64,000 nt of DNA from Mobula hypostoma (taxonomy: Eukaryota). The notes under the pieces were generated by a model. That model was not told the DNA's origin, ran no database searches, and was given only the letters and a program-made list of their open reading frames with translations. Below, one piece after another: positions 35,254-48,499 of this stretch (position 1 is the first letter of the stretch; each line of letters starts with the position of its first letter). The position numbers and the translations under genes were made by a program. Location of the stretch: assembly GCF_963921235.1 (NCBI RefSeq), contig NC_086108.1, positions 62,932,001-62,996,000 of the forward strand, in the 5' to 3' direction.

Positions 35254-38178
35254 GTACTCTTAAAAGTAGCAGTTGCGAGCTAATTAGTGAAAGATTTTAA
35301 TATTATTTTTAGGAACATTATTTTATTGGATTATTTCATCAGCTATATTTTTCATTAATTTTAAGGAAATTGTTCTTTTTAATGATGGTGCAATATTAAG
35401 AAAAGAATGAAAGCTGAAAGTGTTATATAGCAGAATTAAAATCATGGAAAATCTGGGAAGTATAATGGAACCATACTTTCCAAATGTTATTAGATGTTCA
35501 GTTATTTATCCCTTTCAAGATCAATGTTGCTGTAATCATATGCTATAGGCTAAGAGGGATGACAGCAAAAACAGATGCATTTAGTAAACACTTTGTTGCC
35601 ATAATGGAGAGATTATAGGTTCTGAATGAAGGTTCGAGAATGGATTGATGTTCTTCATAATCTTGATGAAATTGAAGCACATATGCAGACGTGAACTTAT
35701 GTGTGGTCCACAGCTCTGGAAGAACTTAAGCTTTTAAATTGCTTCGTACATGTTTATATATCTGTTATTAACCAAATAACATTATATGTTCTTTCACTGA
35801 GCCAACAATACAGGCAATATATACTTTGAGTATCTTTTCCATTTTTGCTGCACCCAAAAAAATCAGTTACAGATATCTTCAATATATTTATTTGCTTTGA
35901 CACTGCTTAGTAACATGTATTTGCATTGAAATCTTTTATGTCTAAAAAGAGCTGTCCTCATGTACTTTCTGTCATCTTCAGCATCTGACAACTTCAAAGA
36001 CTTGGATAGCTTTTCCCATAATTTCTAGGTCACCACTGCAATATGTTTCTCTGTAATCAGATCTTTCCCAGGCACCACCAGGGAAATTTGCCAGGTAGTC
36101 CAGACAGCAGATCATTTCTGTATAAAGCAAGTGACTGATGCCTTGAATACAGGAAAACACCTTCAAACTTTCCCAGTAGAAAGATGATATTAACTCGAAA
36201 GGGTACAGAATATTCATTGCCTGGCAGACTTTACAAGTTCATTCAGACTATTATATATAGAACAGAAGCAGCTTTCAAAGCTGCATACTATAACTCCAAT
36301 GCATAAATCAAAGACAGTGCTCCACTTGTTAATACATTAGAATTTTTGTGCATGTCAATGTATATTATAAGGAAAATCCATGATTTTTTTAAATTTGTCA
36401 GTAATTCACAAGGCCTGACATCTAACAATTCTCAGAGAATGATTACTGGTAGACCAGTACTATTTTTTTGTAACCTGGGTTCTTGATTCAGTTTGAACCC
36501 CCTACCCCTCACAGAATAGCAGACACTGTGATGTCCATTGTTAGTGCACCATAGTGATGTTTTGCAGTGACATTTTTTAGTTGTCTGAAATTGTCCACAC
36601 AAGCTACACACAGTTAATATTTATTGATTCAAAGATAATTGAGAACATGGTGAGAAAGATGAGACTCAAGGTACACAACAGAGTGTGAACATAAGATTAA
36701 CATGGACTGAGCGAATGCAAAGATGTGAAAATTGATTTGGAATTGTGAGGGATTGCAATTTTTCTCCAAAATATGTTTTGTTGCACTATATTTAAGCTAA
36801 CATGGAACAGAAAATAAGTTTGGGGAGAATGAGTTTTGATATGAGAGAAACTGTAATGTTCAAGGACATTACAGCAGCAGACAGAGTAAAAGGAGTTAAG
36901 TAGAATTAATAGCAAACAATAAACTGTTGGAAGAATTCAACAGGTGAGATGGCAACTGTGGACGGGAATGGATAATTGGCATTTTGAGACAAAACCCGCC
37001 GTCTGGACTGAAAGAGTAGCAGGGAGATAGTCAGTATAAAGAGGTGAGGTTGCCTGTGTAGAATCCAGACAGGAAGTATGTTTGAGGCCGGTGTTCTGTG
37101 CTCCATCTTAGATGTTGGAAGTTCTGGAGACTCCCAGCCTCCCAGATGGCCACATCTGTGCCAGGTATATCGAGCTGCAGCTCCTTAGGGACCGCGTTAG
37201 GGAACTGGAGATGCAGCTTGATGACCTTCGTCTAGTCAGGGAGAGTGAGGCGGTGATATTGAGGAGATATAGGCAGGTAGTCACACCGGGGACTTGGGAG
37301 ACAGATAAGTGGGTAACAGTCAAGAGAGGGAAGGGCTGGAGTCAGATGCTAGAGAGTACCCTTGTGGCTGTTCCCCTTAACAATAAGTACTCCTGTTTGA
37401 GTATTGTTAGTGGGGCAGCCTACCTGGCGGAAGCAACAGTGGCTGCATGTCTGGCACAGAGTCTGGCCCTGTGGCTCAGAAGGATAGGGAAAGGAAGAGG
37501 ATGGCAGCAGTGATAGGGGACTCTATAGTTAGGGGGTCAGACAAGTAATTCTGTGGGAACAGGAAAGAAACATGAATGGCAATTTGCCTCTCAGGTGCCA
37601 GGGTCCGGGATGTGTCTAATCGCGTCCACGATATCCTGAAGTGGGAAGGAGAACAGCCAGAGGTCGTAGTACATATTGGTACCAATGACGTAGGTAGGAA
37701 AAGGGAGGAGGTCTTGAAAACAGACTACTGGGAGTTAGGAAGGAAGTTGAGAAGCAGGACCTCAAAGGTAGTAATCTCGGGATTACTGCCTGTGCCACGT
37801 GACAGTGAGTATAGGAATAGAATGAGGTGGAAGATAAATATGTGGCAGAGAGATTGGAGCAGGGGGCAGGGATTCAGATTTCTGGATCATTGGGACCTCT
37901 TTTGGGGCAGGTGTGACCTGTACAAAAAATATCCTGACAGAGAGGTTTGCTAAGGCTATTGGGGAGAGTTTAAACTAGAATTGCTGGGGGGTGGGAACCA
38001 AACTGAAGAGACGGAAGAGGAGGTGGTTGGCTCACAAATCCAGAAAGCATGGAGACAGTACGAGAGGGAGGATAAGCAGGTGATAGAGAAGGGACGCTCT
38101 CAGACTGATGGTTTGAGATGTGTCTATTTTAATGCAAGGAGTATCATGAACAAAGTGGATGAGCTTAAAGCGTGGATC

Positions 38179-39069
38179 TATCATGGTCCGGTCCGTGAAA
38201 TCCACATTCCAGTTCATGGTCCGGTTCATCGAACTTATTCTGGGTTTTCCTGTTTTCCCTTGTTCCATTGGGTGTCTTAATTGAGGCACCTGATTCTTGT
38301 TTTGGGCTGGCACATAAATACCTCTGCAAACCAAGGATTCCCTGCTGGACTGTTTCCTTCCCCTCCCCATCTGATTCCCTGACAGTTTCCTCGGCAGTCA
38401 TCCTGGCCCTGCATCCAAGAAAGGGTCCTGGCCCTGCGCCCTAGGAGGGCCCCTGCTCCGTACCCAAGAGCCTAATCAAGCCAGGTCCAGGAACCAAGCC
38501 AAACCTAGTCCAAGAGCCACGTCCTGTGCTGGAGTACCTGGCCCAGTCCGGTGCTGGAGTTCCCTCATCCTGTTCTGGAGTTCTCTCGTCCAGTCCAGGA
38601 ATCCCTCGTCTAGTCCAAGTACCTCGTCTAGTCCAAGCCACGTCCAAGTACCTCATCTAGTCCAAGCCTAGTCCAAGAACCTTGTCCTGTCCAAGTCAAG
38701 GATTTGTGTTCTCGTCCTGTCCATGTGCCTCTTCCTGTGCACGTCCAGTCCTGTAGCCTAGCCACATCTTGTCCTCACCTGAATCTGGGATCCAAGCCTG
38801 AGTCAAGACCCAGGTTCTGGAACCCTGTCCAGTCTCTGGCCCAGAGTCCTAGCCCAGGCTCCTAGTTCCAAGTTCCTTGTCCTGGTCCCGCTTTCCTAGT
38901 CTTAGTCCTAGCCCAGGCCCGGTGTCCTTGTCTCGTCCAGGGCCTGTGTCCATGTCCAGCGTCTTTTCTTCCTGACTCCCCTTGCTTTATTGATAAACCT
39001 TGGCCTGTTCCTACTATTTCAGTGTCTGTGTCTTGCATTTAGGTATGCTCCCAACACCCCCTTATGACA
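38179..39069. mobile_element. Solo LTR (891 bp) with a 5-bp TSD
   Basis: TSD GGATC (38174-78, 39070-74); ends TATCAT...ATGACA (mutated TG...CA); cataaata TATA-like motif; internal gtccaag-rich repeats. CR1 reading AWI|STW rejoins across it. Confidence 0.8.
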
Positions 39070-40213
39070 GGATCAGTACTTGGAGCTATGATGTTGTCAC
39101 CATTACAGAGACTTAGATGGCTCAGGGACAGGAAGGGGTCAATAACTCTACTGGGTGTTTTTTATAGACTTCCCAATAGTAACAGAGACATCGCGGAGCA
39201 GATAGGGAGACAGATTCTGGAAAGGTGTAATAATAACAGGGTTGTTGTGGTGGGAGATCTTAATTTCCCAAATATTGATTGGTATTTCCCTAGAGCAAGG
39301 GTTTAGATGGGGTGGAGTTTGTTAGCTGTGTTCAGGAAGGTTTCTTGACACAATATATAGATAAGCCTACAAGAGGAGAGGTTGTACTTGATCTAGTATT
39401 TGGAAATGAACCTGGTCTGGTGTCAGATCTCTCAGTGGGAGAGTATTTTGGAGACAGTGATCACAATTCTATTTCCTTTACCATAGCATTGGAGAGGGAG
39501 AGGAACAGACAAGTTAGGGAAGTGTTTAATTGGAGTAAAGGGAAATATGAGGCTATCAGGCAGGAACTGGGAAGCATAAATTGGGAACAGGTGTTCTCAG
39601 GGAAATGTATGGAAGAAATGTGGCAAACGTTCAAGGGATATTTGCGTGGAGTTCTGCATAGGTAAATTGCAATGAGACAGGGTAAGGATGGTATGGTACA
39701 GGAACCGTAGTGTACAAAGGCTGTTGTAAATCTAGCCAAGAAGAAAAGAAAAGCTTAGAAATGGTTCAAAAAACTAGGAAATGATAGCGATCTAGAAGGT
39801 TATAAGGCTAGCTGGAAGGAACTTAAGAATGAAATTAGGAGAGCCAGAAGGGGCCATGAGAAGATCTTGGCGGACAGGATTAAGGAAAACCCCAAGGCAT
39901 TCTACAAGTATGTGAAGAGCAAGAGGATAAGACGTGAAAGAATAGGACCTATTAAGTGTGACAGTGGGAAAGTATGTATGGAACCAGAGGAGATAGCAAA
40001 GGTACTTAATGAGTACTTTGCTTCAGTATTCACTGCAGAAAAGGATGTATGAATGACTTAAAGCAGACTGAATAGCTTGAACATATAGATACGAAGAAAG
40101 GGGATGTGCTGGAGCTTTTGGAAAGCATCAAGTTGGGGAGGTCATCGGGACCGAACGAGATGTACCCCAGGCTACTGTGGGAGGCGAGGGAGGAAATTGC
40201 TGAGCCTCTGGCG

Positions 40214-42319
40214 AGCCTCTGCTGAGCCTCTGGGACGAAATGGGAGAATGGATCAGCTCATGATAAAGAAGAAATTTTCGAATGGAAAAAGAATGCAACC
40301 GTGGCTGACAAGAGAAGTCAAAGCCAACGTTAAAGCAAAGGAGAGGGCATACAAGGAAGCAAAACTTAGTGGGAAGACAGAGGATTGGGAAGTTTAAAAG
40401 CTTACAAAAGGAAACTAAGAAGGTCATTAAGAAGGAAAAGATCAACTATTAAAGGAAGCTAGCAAATAATATCAAAGAGGATACTGAAAGCTTTTTCAAG
40501 TATATAAAGAGTAAAAGACAGGTGAGAGTAGATATAGGTCTGATAGAAAATGATGCTGGAGAAATTGTAATGGGAGATAAGGAGATGGCGGAGGAACTGA
40601 ACAAGTATTTTGCATCAGTCTTAACTGAGGAAGACATCAGCAGTATACCGGACACTCAAGGGTGGCAGGGAAGAGAAGTGTGCGCAGTCACAATTACAAC
40701 AGAGAAAGTACTCAGGAAGCTGAATAGTCTAAAGGTAGATAAATCTCCCGGACTAGATGGAATGCACCCTCGTGTTCTGAAGGAAGTAGCTATGGAGATT
40801 GCGGAGGCATCATCGATGATCTTTGAAAAGTCGATAGATTCTGGCATGGTTCCGCAGGACTGGAAGATTGCAAATGTCACTCCGCTATTTAAGAAGGGGG
40901 CAAGGAAGCAAAAAGGAAATTATAGACCTGTTAGCTTGACATTGGTGGTTGGGAAGTTGTTGGAGTCGATTGTCAAGGATGAGGTTACAGAGTACCTGGA
41001 GGCACATGACAAGATAGGGAGAACTCAACATGGATTCCTTAAAGGAAAATCCTGCCTGACAAACCTATTACAATTTTTTGAGGAAATTACAAGTAGGCTA
41101 GACAAGGGAGATACAGTGGATGTTGTATACTTGGATTTTCAGAAGGCCTTTGACAAGGTGCCACACATGAGGCTACTTAACAAGATAAGAGCCCATGGAA
41201 TTACGAGAAATTTACATACGTGGATAGAGCATTGGCTGATTGGCAGGAAACAGAAAGTGGGAATAAAGGGATCCCATTCTGGTTGGCTGCCGTTTACCAG
41301 TGGTGTTCCACAGGGGTCTGTGTTGGGGCCGCTTCTTTTTACATCGTACATCAACAATTTGGATTATGGAATAGATGGCTTTGTAGCTAAGTTTGCTGAC
41401 GATACGAAGATAGGTGGAGGGGCCGGTAGTGCTGAGGAAACAGAGAGTCTGCAGAGAGACTTGGATAGATTGGAAGAATGGTCAAAGAAGTGTCAAATGA
41501 AATATAATGTTGGAAAGTGTATGGTTATGCACTTTGGCAGAAGAAATAAACGGGCAGACTATTATTTAAATTGGGAGAGAATTCAAAGTTCTGAGATGCA
41601 ATGAGACTTGAGAGTCCTCGTGCAGGATACCCTTAAGGTTAACCTCCAGGTTGAGTCAGTGGTGAAGAAGGCGAATGCAATGTTGGCATCCATTTCTAGA
41701 GGAATGGAGTATAGGAGCAGGGATGTGATGTTGAGGCTCTATAAGGCACTGGTGAGACCTCACTTGGAGTACTGTGTGCAGTTTTGGTCTCCTTATTTAA
41801 GAAAGGATGTGCTGACGTTGGAGAGGGTACAGAGAAGATTCAGTAGAATGATTCCGGGAATGAGAGGGTTAACATATGAGGAACGTTTGTCCACTCTTGG
41901 ACTGTATTCCTTGGAGTTTAGAAGAATGAGGGGAGACCACATAGAAACATTTCGAATGTTGAAAGGCATGGACAGAGTGGATGCGGCAAAGTTGTTTCCC
42001 ATGATGGGGGAGTCTAGTACGAGAGGGCATGACTTAAGGATTGAAGGACGCCCATTCAGAACAGAAATGCGAAGAAATTTTTTTAGCCAGAGGGTGGTGA
42101 ATCTATGGAATTTGTTGCCACAGGTGGCAGTGGAGGCCAAGTCATTGGGTGTATTTAAGGCAGAGATTGATAGGTATTTGAGTAGCCAGGGTATCAAAGG
42201 TTATGGTGAGAAGGCAGGGGAGTGGGACTAAATGGGAGAATGGATCAGCTCATGATAAAATGGTGGAGCAGACTCGATGGGCCGATTGGCTGACTTCTGC
42301 TCCTTTGTCTTATGGTCTT
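40214..42319 (+). mobile_element. Younger CR1 (different subfamily), 5'-truncated, inserted into the first CR1
   Basis: ORFs 40522-41604 and 41608-42231 are one RT frame broken by a single TGA; (TCTTATGG) tail. Host gagcctctggcg|atgatctttgc rejoins across it, as in the uninterrupted copy at about 55600. Confidence 0.92.
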
Positions 42320-45300
42320 ATGATCTTTGCATCATCAATGGGGATAGGAGAGGTTCCAGAGGATTGGAGTGTTGCAGGTGTTGTTCCCTTATTCAAGAAT
42401 GAAAGTAGAGATAGCCCAAGAAATTATAGACCAGTGAGTCTTACTTCAGTGGTTGGTAAGTTGATGGAGAAGATCCTGAGAGGCAGGATTTATGAACATT
42501 TGGAGAGGCATAATATGATTAGGAATAGTCATCATGGCTTTCTCAAAGGCAGGTCATGCCTTACGAGCCTGATTGAGTTTTCTGAGGATAGGATTAAACA
42601 CGTTGATGAAGGAAGAGCAGTAGATATAGTGGATATGGATTTTAGCAAGGCATTTGATAGGGTACCCCATGCAAGGCTGATTGAGAAAGTAAGGAGACAT
42701 GGAATCCAAGGTGACATTGCTTTGTGGATCCAGAATTGGCTTGCCCACAGAAGGTAAAGAGTGATTGTAGATGGGTTATATTCTGCATGAAGGTCAGTGA
42801 CCAGTGGTGTGCCTCAGGGATCTATTCTGGGACCTCTACTCTTCGTGATTTTTATAAATGACCTGGATGAGGAAGAGGAGGAATGGGTTAGTAAATTTGC
42901 TGATGACACAAATGTTGGGGGTGTTGTGGATAGTGTGGAAGGCTGTCAAAGGATACAGCAGGACATTGATAGGATGCAAAACTGGGGTGAGAAGTGGCAG
43001 ATGAGTTCAACCCAGATAAGTGTGTGGTGGTTCATTTTGGTAGGTCAAATATGATGGCAAAATATAGTATTAATGGTAAGACTCTTGGCAGTATGGAAAA
43101 TCGGAGGGTTCTTGAGGTCCGAGTCCAGAGGACACTCAAAGCTGCTGCACAGGTTGTCACTGTGGTTAAGAAGGCATACGGTGCATTGGCCTTCATTAAT
43201 CATGGCATTGAGTTTAGGAGCCGAGAGGTAATGTTGCAGCTATATAGGACCCTGGTCAGACCCCACTTAGAGTACTGTGCTCAGTTCTGGTCGCCTCACT
43301 GCAGGAAGGATGTGGAAACCATAGAAAGGGTGCAGAGGAGATTTACAAGGAGGTTGCCTGGATTGGCTGGCATGCCTTTTCTCCTTGGAGTGACAGAGGA
43401 TGAGGGGTGACCTGATAGAGGTGTATAAGATGATGAGAGGCATTGATCGTGTGGATAGTCAGAGGCTTTTTCCCTGGGCTGAAATGGCTAGCACGATAGG
43501 GCACAGTTTTAAGGTGCTTGCAAGTAGGTACAGAGGGGATGTCAGGGGTAAGTTTTTTATGCAGAGAGTGGTGAGTGTGTGGAATGGGCTGCCAGTGACG
43601 GTGGTGGAGGCAGATACAATTGGGTTTTTTAAGGGACTTCTGGATAGGTACATGGAGCTTAGAAAAATAGAGGGATTTGGGTAACCCTCTAAGGTAAGGA
43701 CAAGTTTGGCACAGCTTTGTGGGCCAAAGGGCCTGAATTGTGCTGTAGGTTTTCTATGTTTCTGTGTTTCTAGAGGTGGTAAGAGATGGCTAGCAATGTG
43801 TGGATCCATGTGAAGAGGGATGAATGGCAGATGGTGTCTGGTGAGGAGGGGTGGGCAGATGTTGAAGATAGAGACAAAGTTTGTAGGTGATAAGTGAAGA
43901 CAAGAAAAGGCTGCAGATTATGGAATATGATATGAAAGGAGGGTGAAGAGTGGAACCAAATAAGGGAGGAATGCTGGACAGATGTGAACAATGGGGGAAC
44001 TGGGATAGAGGATTCAGTGGGTGGAGGGTACGGGTGAAGGGCAAATAGAATAAATGGTGAAAGAGAAAGAAACTAGGTAAGAGGGGGCTGGTGGTGGTTT
44101 TGGAAAAAAGGGAGATTATGAGAGCACCTGGATCAATAAAGAAAGTGAAGAGCAGGTTATCTGAAATTGGAGAACTTAATTCATGCCGTCAAGTTATAGA
44201 TTACTCTGGTGGAATATAAGGTGCTGTTCTTTAGGACATACATTCAATATATTTGCCCTCTTATGCATGCCCAAAGACCTCCATGTCAAATGCATTAAAG
44301 AACCTGACAAATTTTATGAACTGCACAATCTGTGTAGTGATTTTCTTTTTGATTAAATTAAAGTAATATATTTTTTCACAAAAAAACTTATTGCAATGCC
44401 AAGAAATTTCCATGTGCCTGGACATGTAAAAATGAATGATTAAACAGTGCATCTGGATGTTATACACTCTTTAAGTGACAATAATCATAGAAACGTTTCA
44501 CAGAATCATAATACTTGTTAGTTTTGTTCTAAATTGTGGAGAGTTTATTCATTGCTGGAATTTGATCTCAGTTGTGTCTCATTCTGTATTGTATCACTTA
44601 AAAGTATTAAGTGTTCAAAATAACGTGACCAAGTGTAATGTGAAACAAAGCTATCCACTGGCCTTGGGTTATATTGTTCTTAATGTTTCTGAGTTCTTTT
44701 ATCAAGGTTACTGACTAAGATTTGGTTTCTGTCCCAGAATGATTCACCCACAGACACATTACTCACAGAGTACCACTTGTTTGAGGGACTCACCCTCTGT
44801 CTGTGTTACTGAGGAACAGAGCTCCCTTTCCTATCTGCATATCTCAGACAGGATGCAGAGGCATAGAATACTACCACAGATAACTGCCTGCAGGGACTGG
44901 TACTACCATCTGGGATTACAAAGAATGGAACATTATTTCAGGGGACTTCCTTTGAAAATAACCAGCTTAATTTACATGCTTCATGCTTTAAATAATGTCT
45001 ATTAATAATAGTTTATAAAATCTCCCATGTGCAACCTATTCCTTTTTATTTATTTTTGCATGTTTCTCTTTGTTTTTAATGCATCCTTAAAATTGCTTTT
45101 TTTTTGCCTCAAGTTCAAGCAGCACTGCTGAGCCAAGGCAATAAAAATTGTGCAGGGACCGGAATGCATACTGACAGCACTTGGAATTTTTGTTTGTCAT
45201 TTGGCATAACAATTAGGCTGTACTCAATCTTCCTGAGTACAAAAGCATTAAAATTTCCAAAGTAGGGGTTGAATAAACTTTTCTTTTGCCAATATTTTGT

Positions 45301-45671
45301 TGCTTTGGAGCATTTACAGTGTTTCATACTGCACTGAGTTGCAAGTTTTATTTCCTTTTACTCAAAAGTAGGTATTAGAACGTAATGTTTTGACTCCTAT
45401 TGGATGAGGAAGAGAAAATTTTACAGGGTTTGTCTGATCTCTGTTAAAGTGAATTTGCTTTAAAATTGAATAATTACATTAATCCCAGTGCCGTGGATGG
45501 AGGAGAAGCCTCAAAGGAGAGAGAAATTGCAAACTCCAAGAGGGAGAATTTGCTTGAGGATAGAATGATTCATGGCATGACACTGCAGATATCAGGAATA
45601 TGTAGTAGATATCAAATGCGTAAAGCATGTGTAATAGGAGCCGAACCTTTGCTAGTATTTAATAAGGTTCT

Positions 45672-45842
45672 TAGAATCAGAATCAGATACGTTGTCATTG
45701 ACATAAGACATGAAATTTATTGTTTTCTGGCAGCAGTACAGTGCAAAGGTATAAGAATCTGTAAGTTATATAATTAAATAAATAGTGAGAAGAAAAGGAA
45801 TAAAAAATACTTGTAGGTTCATGGACTGCTCAGAAATCTGAG
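45672..45842 (-). mobile_element. Rex/Babar 3'UTR fragment
   Basis: agaatcagaatcag tail and gcagcagtacagtgca block similar to 3355-3570. Confidence 0.6.
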
Positions 45843-45889
45843 CCACCTCAGTATTCAATAATCCTAACAATCATCATGATTATGAGACT

Positions 45890-47240
45890 GGAATTCAATA
45901 CCAGAAGAGATGAAAAAAATCAGTATTTATCACTCTTCCTAAGAAACCTGGAGCAATAGAATGTGAATTACATAGGACTATAAGTTTAATGAGTCATATC
46001 ACCAAGATACTTGTAAGAATTTTGATGACAAGAAGTAAGATACAAGCTGAAACAGGCAAAGAACAATGCGGTTTTGTGAAAGACAAAGGTACAAGAAACA
46101 CAATATTGATGTTAAGGATACTAACAGAACGAGCTCTTCAAGTGCAAAAAGATTTGTTCGTTTTATTGACTACACAAAAGCATTTGATAAAGTGAAGCGC
46201 AATAAGTTATTTGAAATATTACAGAAAACTCTCGATCTAGATTCGAAAGACCTCTGCCTAGTCAGAAATCTGTACTGGGAACAAACTGCCGTCTAAGAAT
46301 AGATGGAGAAGTGAGTCAGTTTACGAAAATCAAGAGAGGTGTTAGACAAGGGTGTGTTCTCTCCCCTGATTTATTTAATGTGTACAGTGAAACAATATTA
46401 CAAAAAATAAGAGACATCTTGGGAAGCAATGTTGGCAGTGAAAACATCAATAATTTCAGATATGCAGATGACACTGTGTTAATTGCAAGTATGGAGGAAG
46501 AACTACAATACTTAATTGATATAATTGTTGAAGAAAGTGCAAAAGTGGGTCTATCTGTCAACTGTAAAAAGACAGAATGTATGGTGATATCCAAAAAGAA
46601 GGAGAATCCTATCTGCAGGCTGAGAATAAATGGGGAAGACATAAAACAAGTACAGAACTTTTGCTGCTTAGGAAGCTGGGTGAAATCAGATGGCAGGTGC
46701 AACTTGGACATCAAGAGAAGAATAGGGATGGCAAAAAACACCTTTACGAGAATGAGGAGTATACTGACCAATACTAAACTAAGCATGACAACCTGCCTCA
46801 AAGTACTGTAGTATTACGTTTATCCAGTTATGTTATATGGCTCAGAATCTTGGACAATAACTAGTAACATGAGGAAACGAATTGTAGCAGCAGAGTTGTG
46901 GTTTTTGAAGAGGATGCAAAGAATATCATGGAAAAAACGAATATCTAACGAGGATGTCATGAACAGAGTAAACACAAAAAGAGAAATAATGTATGAGATC
47001 ATGAAAAGGCAAGGTAACTTCATTGGACATGTGATTAGGAAAGAGGAGTTAGAATGCTTGATAATTATGGGAAAGATTGAAGGGAAGATAGCAAGAGGAA
47101 GACAAAGACAAATGCTGATGGAGACAGCAACCAGAGAACTGGAAATGAATGCCAATGAATTGATCCACTTGACCCGAAACAGGAGTGTGTGGGCCATGGC
47201 AGTCAAAGCTCAAACTGGGCATGGCACCTGATGATGATGA
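45890..47240 (+). mobile_element. RTE-clade LINE, 5'-truncated
   Basis: SLMSHITKIL, EQCGF..KGTRN, GVRQGCVLSP, FRYADDT, LYGSESWT and IEGKIARGRQR motifs; (TGA)n tail at 47229-47240. Confidence 0.92.
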
Positions 47241-47537
47241 ACAATCATCATATGGAATATAATCAGTAACTGGACAGCCACAGCTGATAGGAGCAGAATA
47301 TTCCAAAGGTTTGATTATACTTCAAGTGAACATATCGTATCTTTCCCCACCTTAGTCCTAGGTACCTGGTTACTTATTGTGAGATTGAAATTTGAGCTCA
47401 TAAATAAGTATTTTGATGTAGTACTCGGCACCTAGTCAATGCACCTACTCCAGCTAGAAAGCCCATCAAAATTAGGTAATTTACTATCTGAGTAGAACAT
47501 TCGGTTTGAAACAAATTCTTAAGGGAATTCTAAGACT

Positions 47538-48075
47538 TTTCTTCTTCTTCATAGGCAGTCCCTAGGAATTGAGGCTAGCTTGCTTTGATCTTAATTTTAT
47601 GTCCGCACATTTGGTTGATGATGTCAATGTTGGAACAGCTGACTTCCACAGATAGGGCAGGAAGTACCCAATGGGGGGAACAGGTGGATAGCCTTTGAGG
47701 TGTTCTCCTTCCACTGCTCATGTAGGCCTTCTGTGTGCTTGCAGTGCAAGGACTTGTAGTTCAAAGTACCACACAGAAAGCTGCTTCTTCACTTTAAGTG
47801 GTTGTGGATCAGAGACTCTCAGGAGTTAGTGTGATGTTGCATTTCTCAATGGAGACTTTGAGAATATACTTCAATCTTTTTCTCTGTCTGCCTGGTAATG
47901 TCCTCCTTCGATAGAGGTCAGAATGAAATATCAGTTTTGGCTGTTGGATGTCAGGCATTTGAATGACTTGTCTTGTTCAACAGAAACAACTGAGTACAAT
48001 TATTAATTTGGAATTTTCCTTGGTAGCGAATACTGCTGTCGGCATACTTATCCTTCCAATAATTTTGGATTTAAC
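47538..48075 (-). mobile_element. Old RTE-like LINE 3' fragment
   Basis: (TTC)n tail followed by taggcagtccc, with degenerate RTE-like C-terminal sequence. Confidence 0.45.
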
Positions 48076-48499
48076 AGGGTTGAACATCTACCAGCAGAAA
48101 GCCAAGTGAAAATCCCAAGCTACTGTAGAACATTTTTTGTTCATTCTAAAGTGGGAGGGTGGGAGGGTGTGTATTGCGTGGTTGCTAAAGCTTTGCTGTG
48201 ATGGGTGGAATAGAAGGAAGTGGGTCAGCAAACAGTTCTCTTACATGTCATGAATAAATGTATGCTGTTTATGAAATGAAAAGAAAAATCTTCCTGCAAC
48301 ACTTGTTATATATGAAATAGAGGTAATAGTAATATTGCTATTACAGCAGTTGTCCACAGATAGGTTTTTGTTGACTTAAACGGCAACTACGTGATTGTGA
48401 GCTTTTTTGTGTATTTAGGTAAATTTGCAAATTTACTTACAACGAAGAACCCCCACCCAAACATTCAATTCACAATGAAATAATTCAAGAAAAGAGAAT

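Larger units (their letters stand above)
37047..43771 (+). mobile_element. Near full-length CR1 LINE (ORF1 zinc finger/coiled coil/SGNH esterase; ORF2 APE-RT), decayed, with two nested insertions
   Basis: ORF1 motifs GHICARYIELQLL, VIGDSIVRG and VHIGTND. ORF2 motifs YFNARS, GDSDHN, SGVPQGS and KFADDT. (TTTCTATG)n tail. Confidence 0.92.
36908..44232 (-). mobile_element. Old PLE 3' fragment (36908-37046 plus 43772-44232), split by a CR1 insertion
   Basis: Reverse complement of 44160-44232 resembles the PLE ORF end at 13340-13415; 36908-37012 is a degenerate pLTR/hammerhead. AGAGGTG duplicated at 37040-46 and 43772-78. Confidence 0.7.

Noticed and set aside
35978..36217. 79-aa minus-strand ORF in unique sequence as a nested gene
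   Set aside because: No recognisable motif or supporting exon structure; length is within chance expectation.
37500..37953. Cellular SGNH/GDSL esterase gene (also 57158-57688)
   Set aside because: This is the known esterase domain of CR1 ORF1, disrupted by stops.
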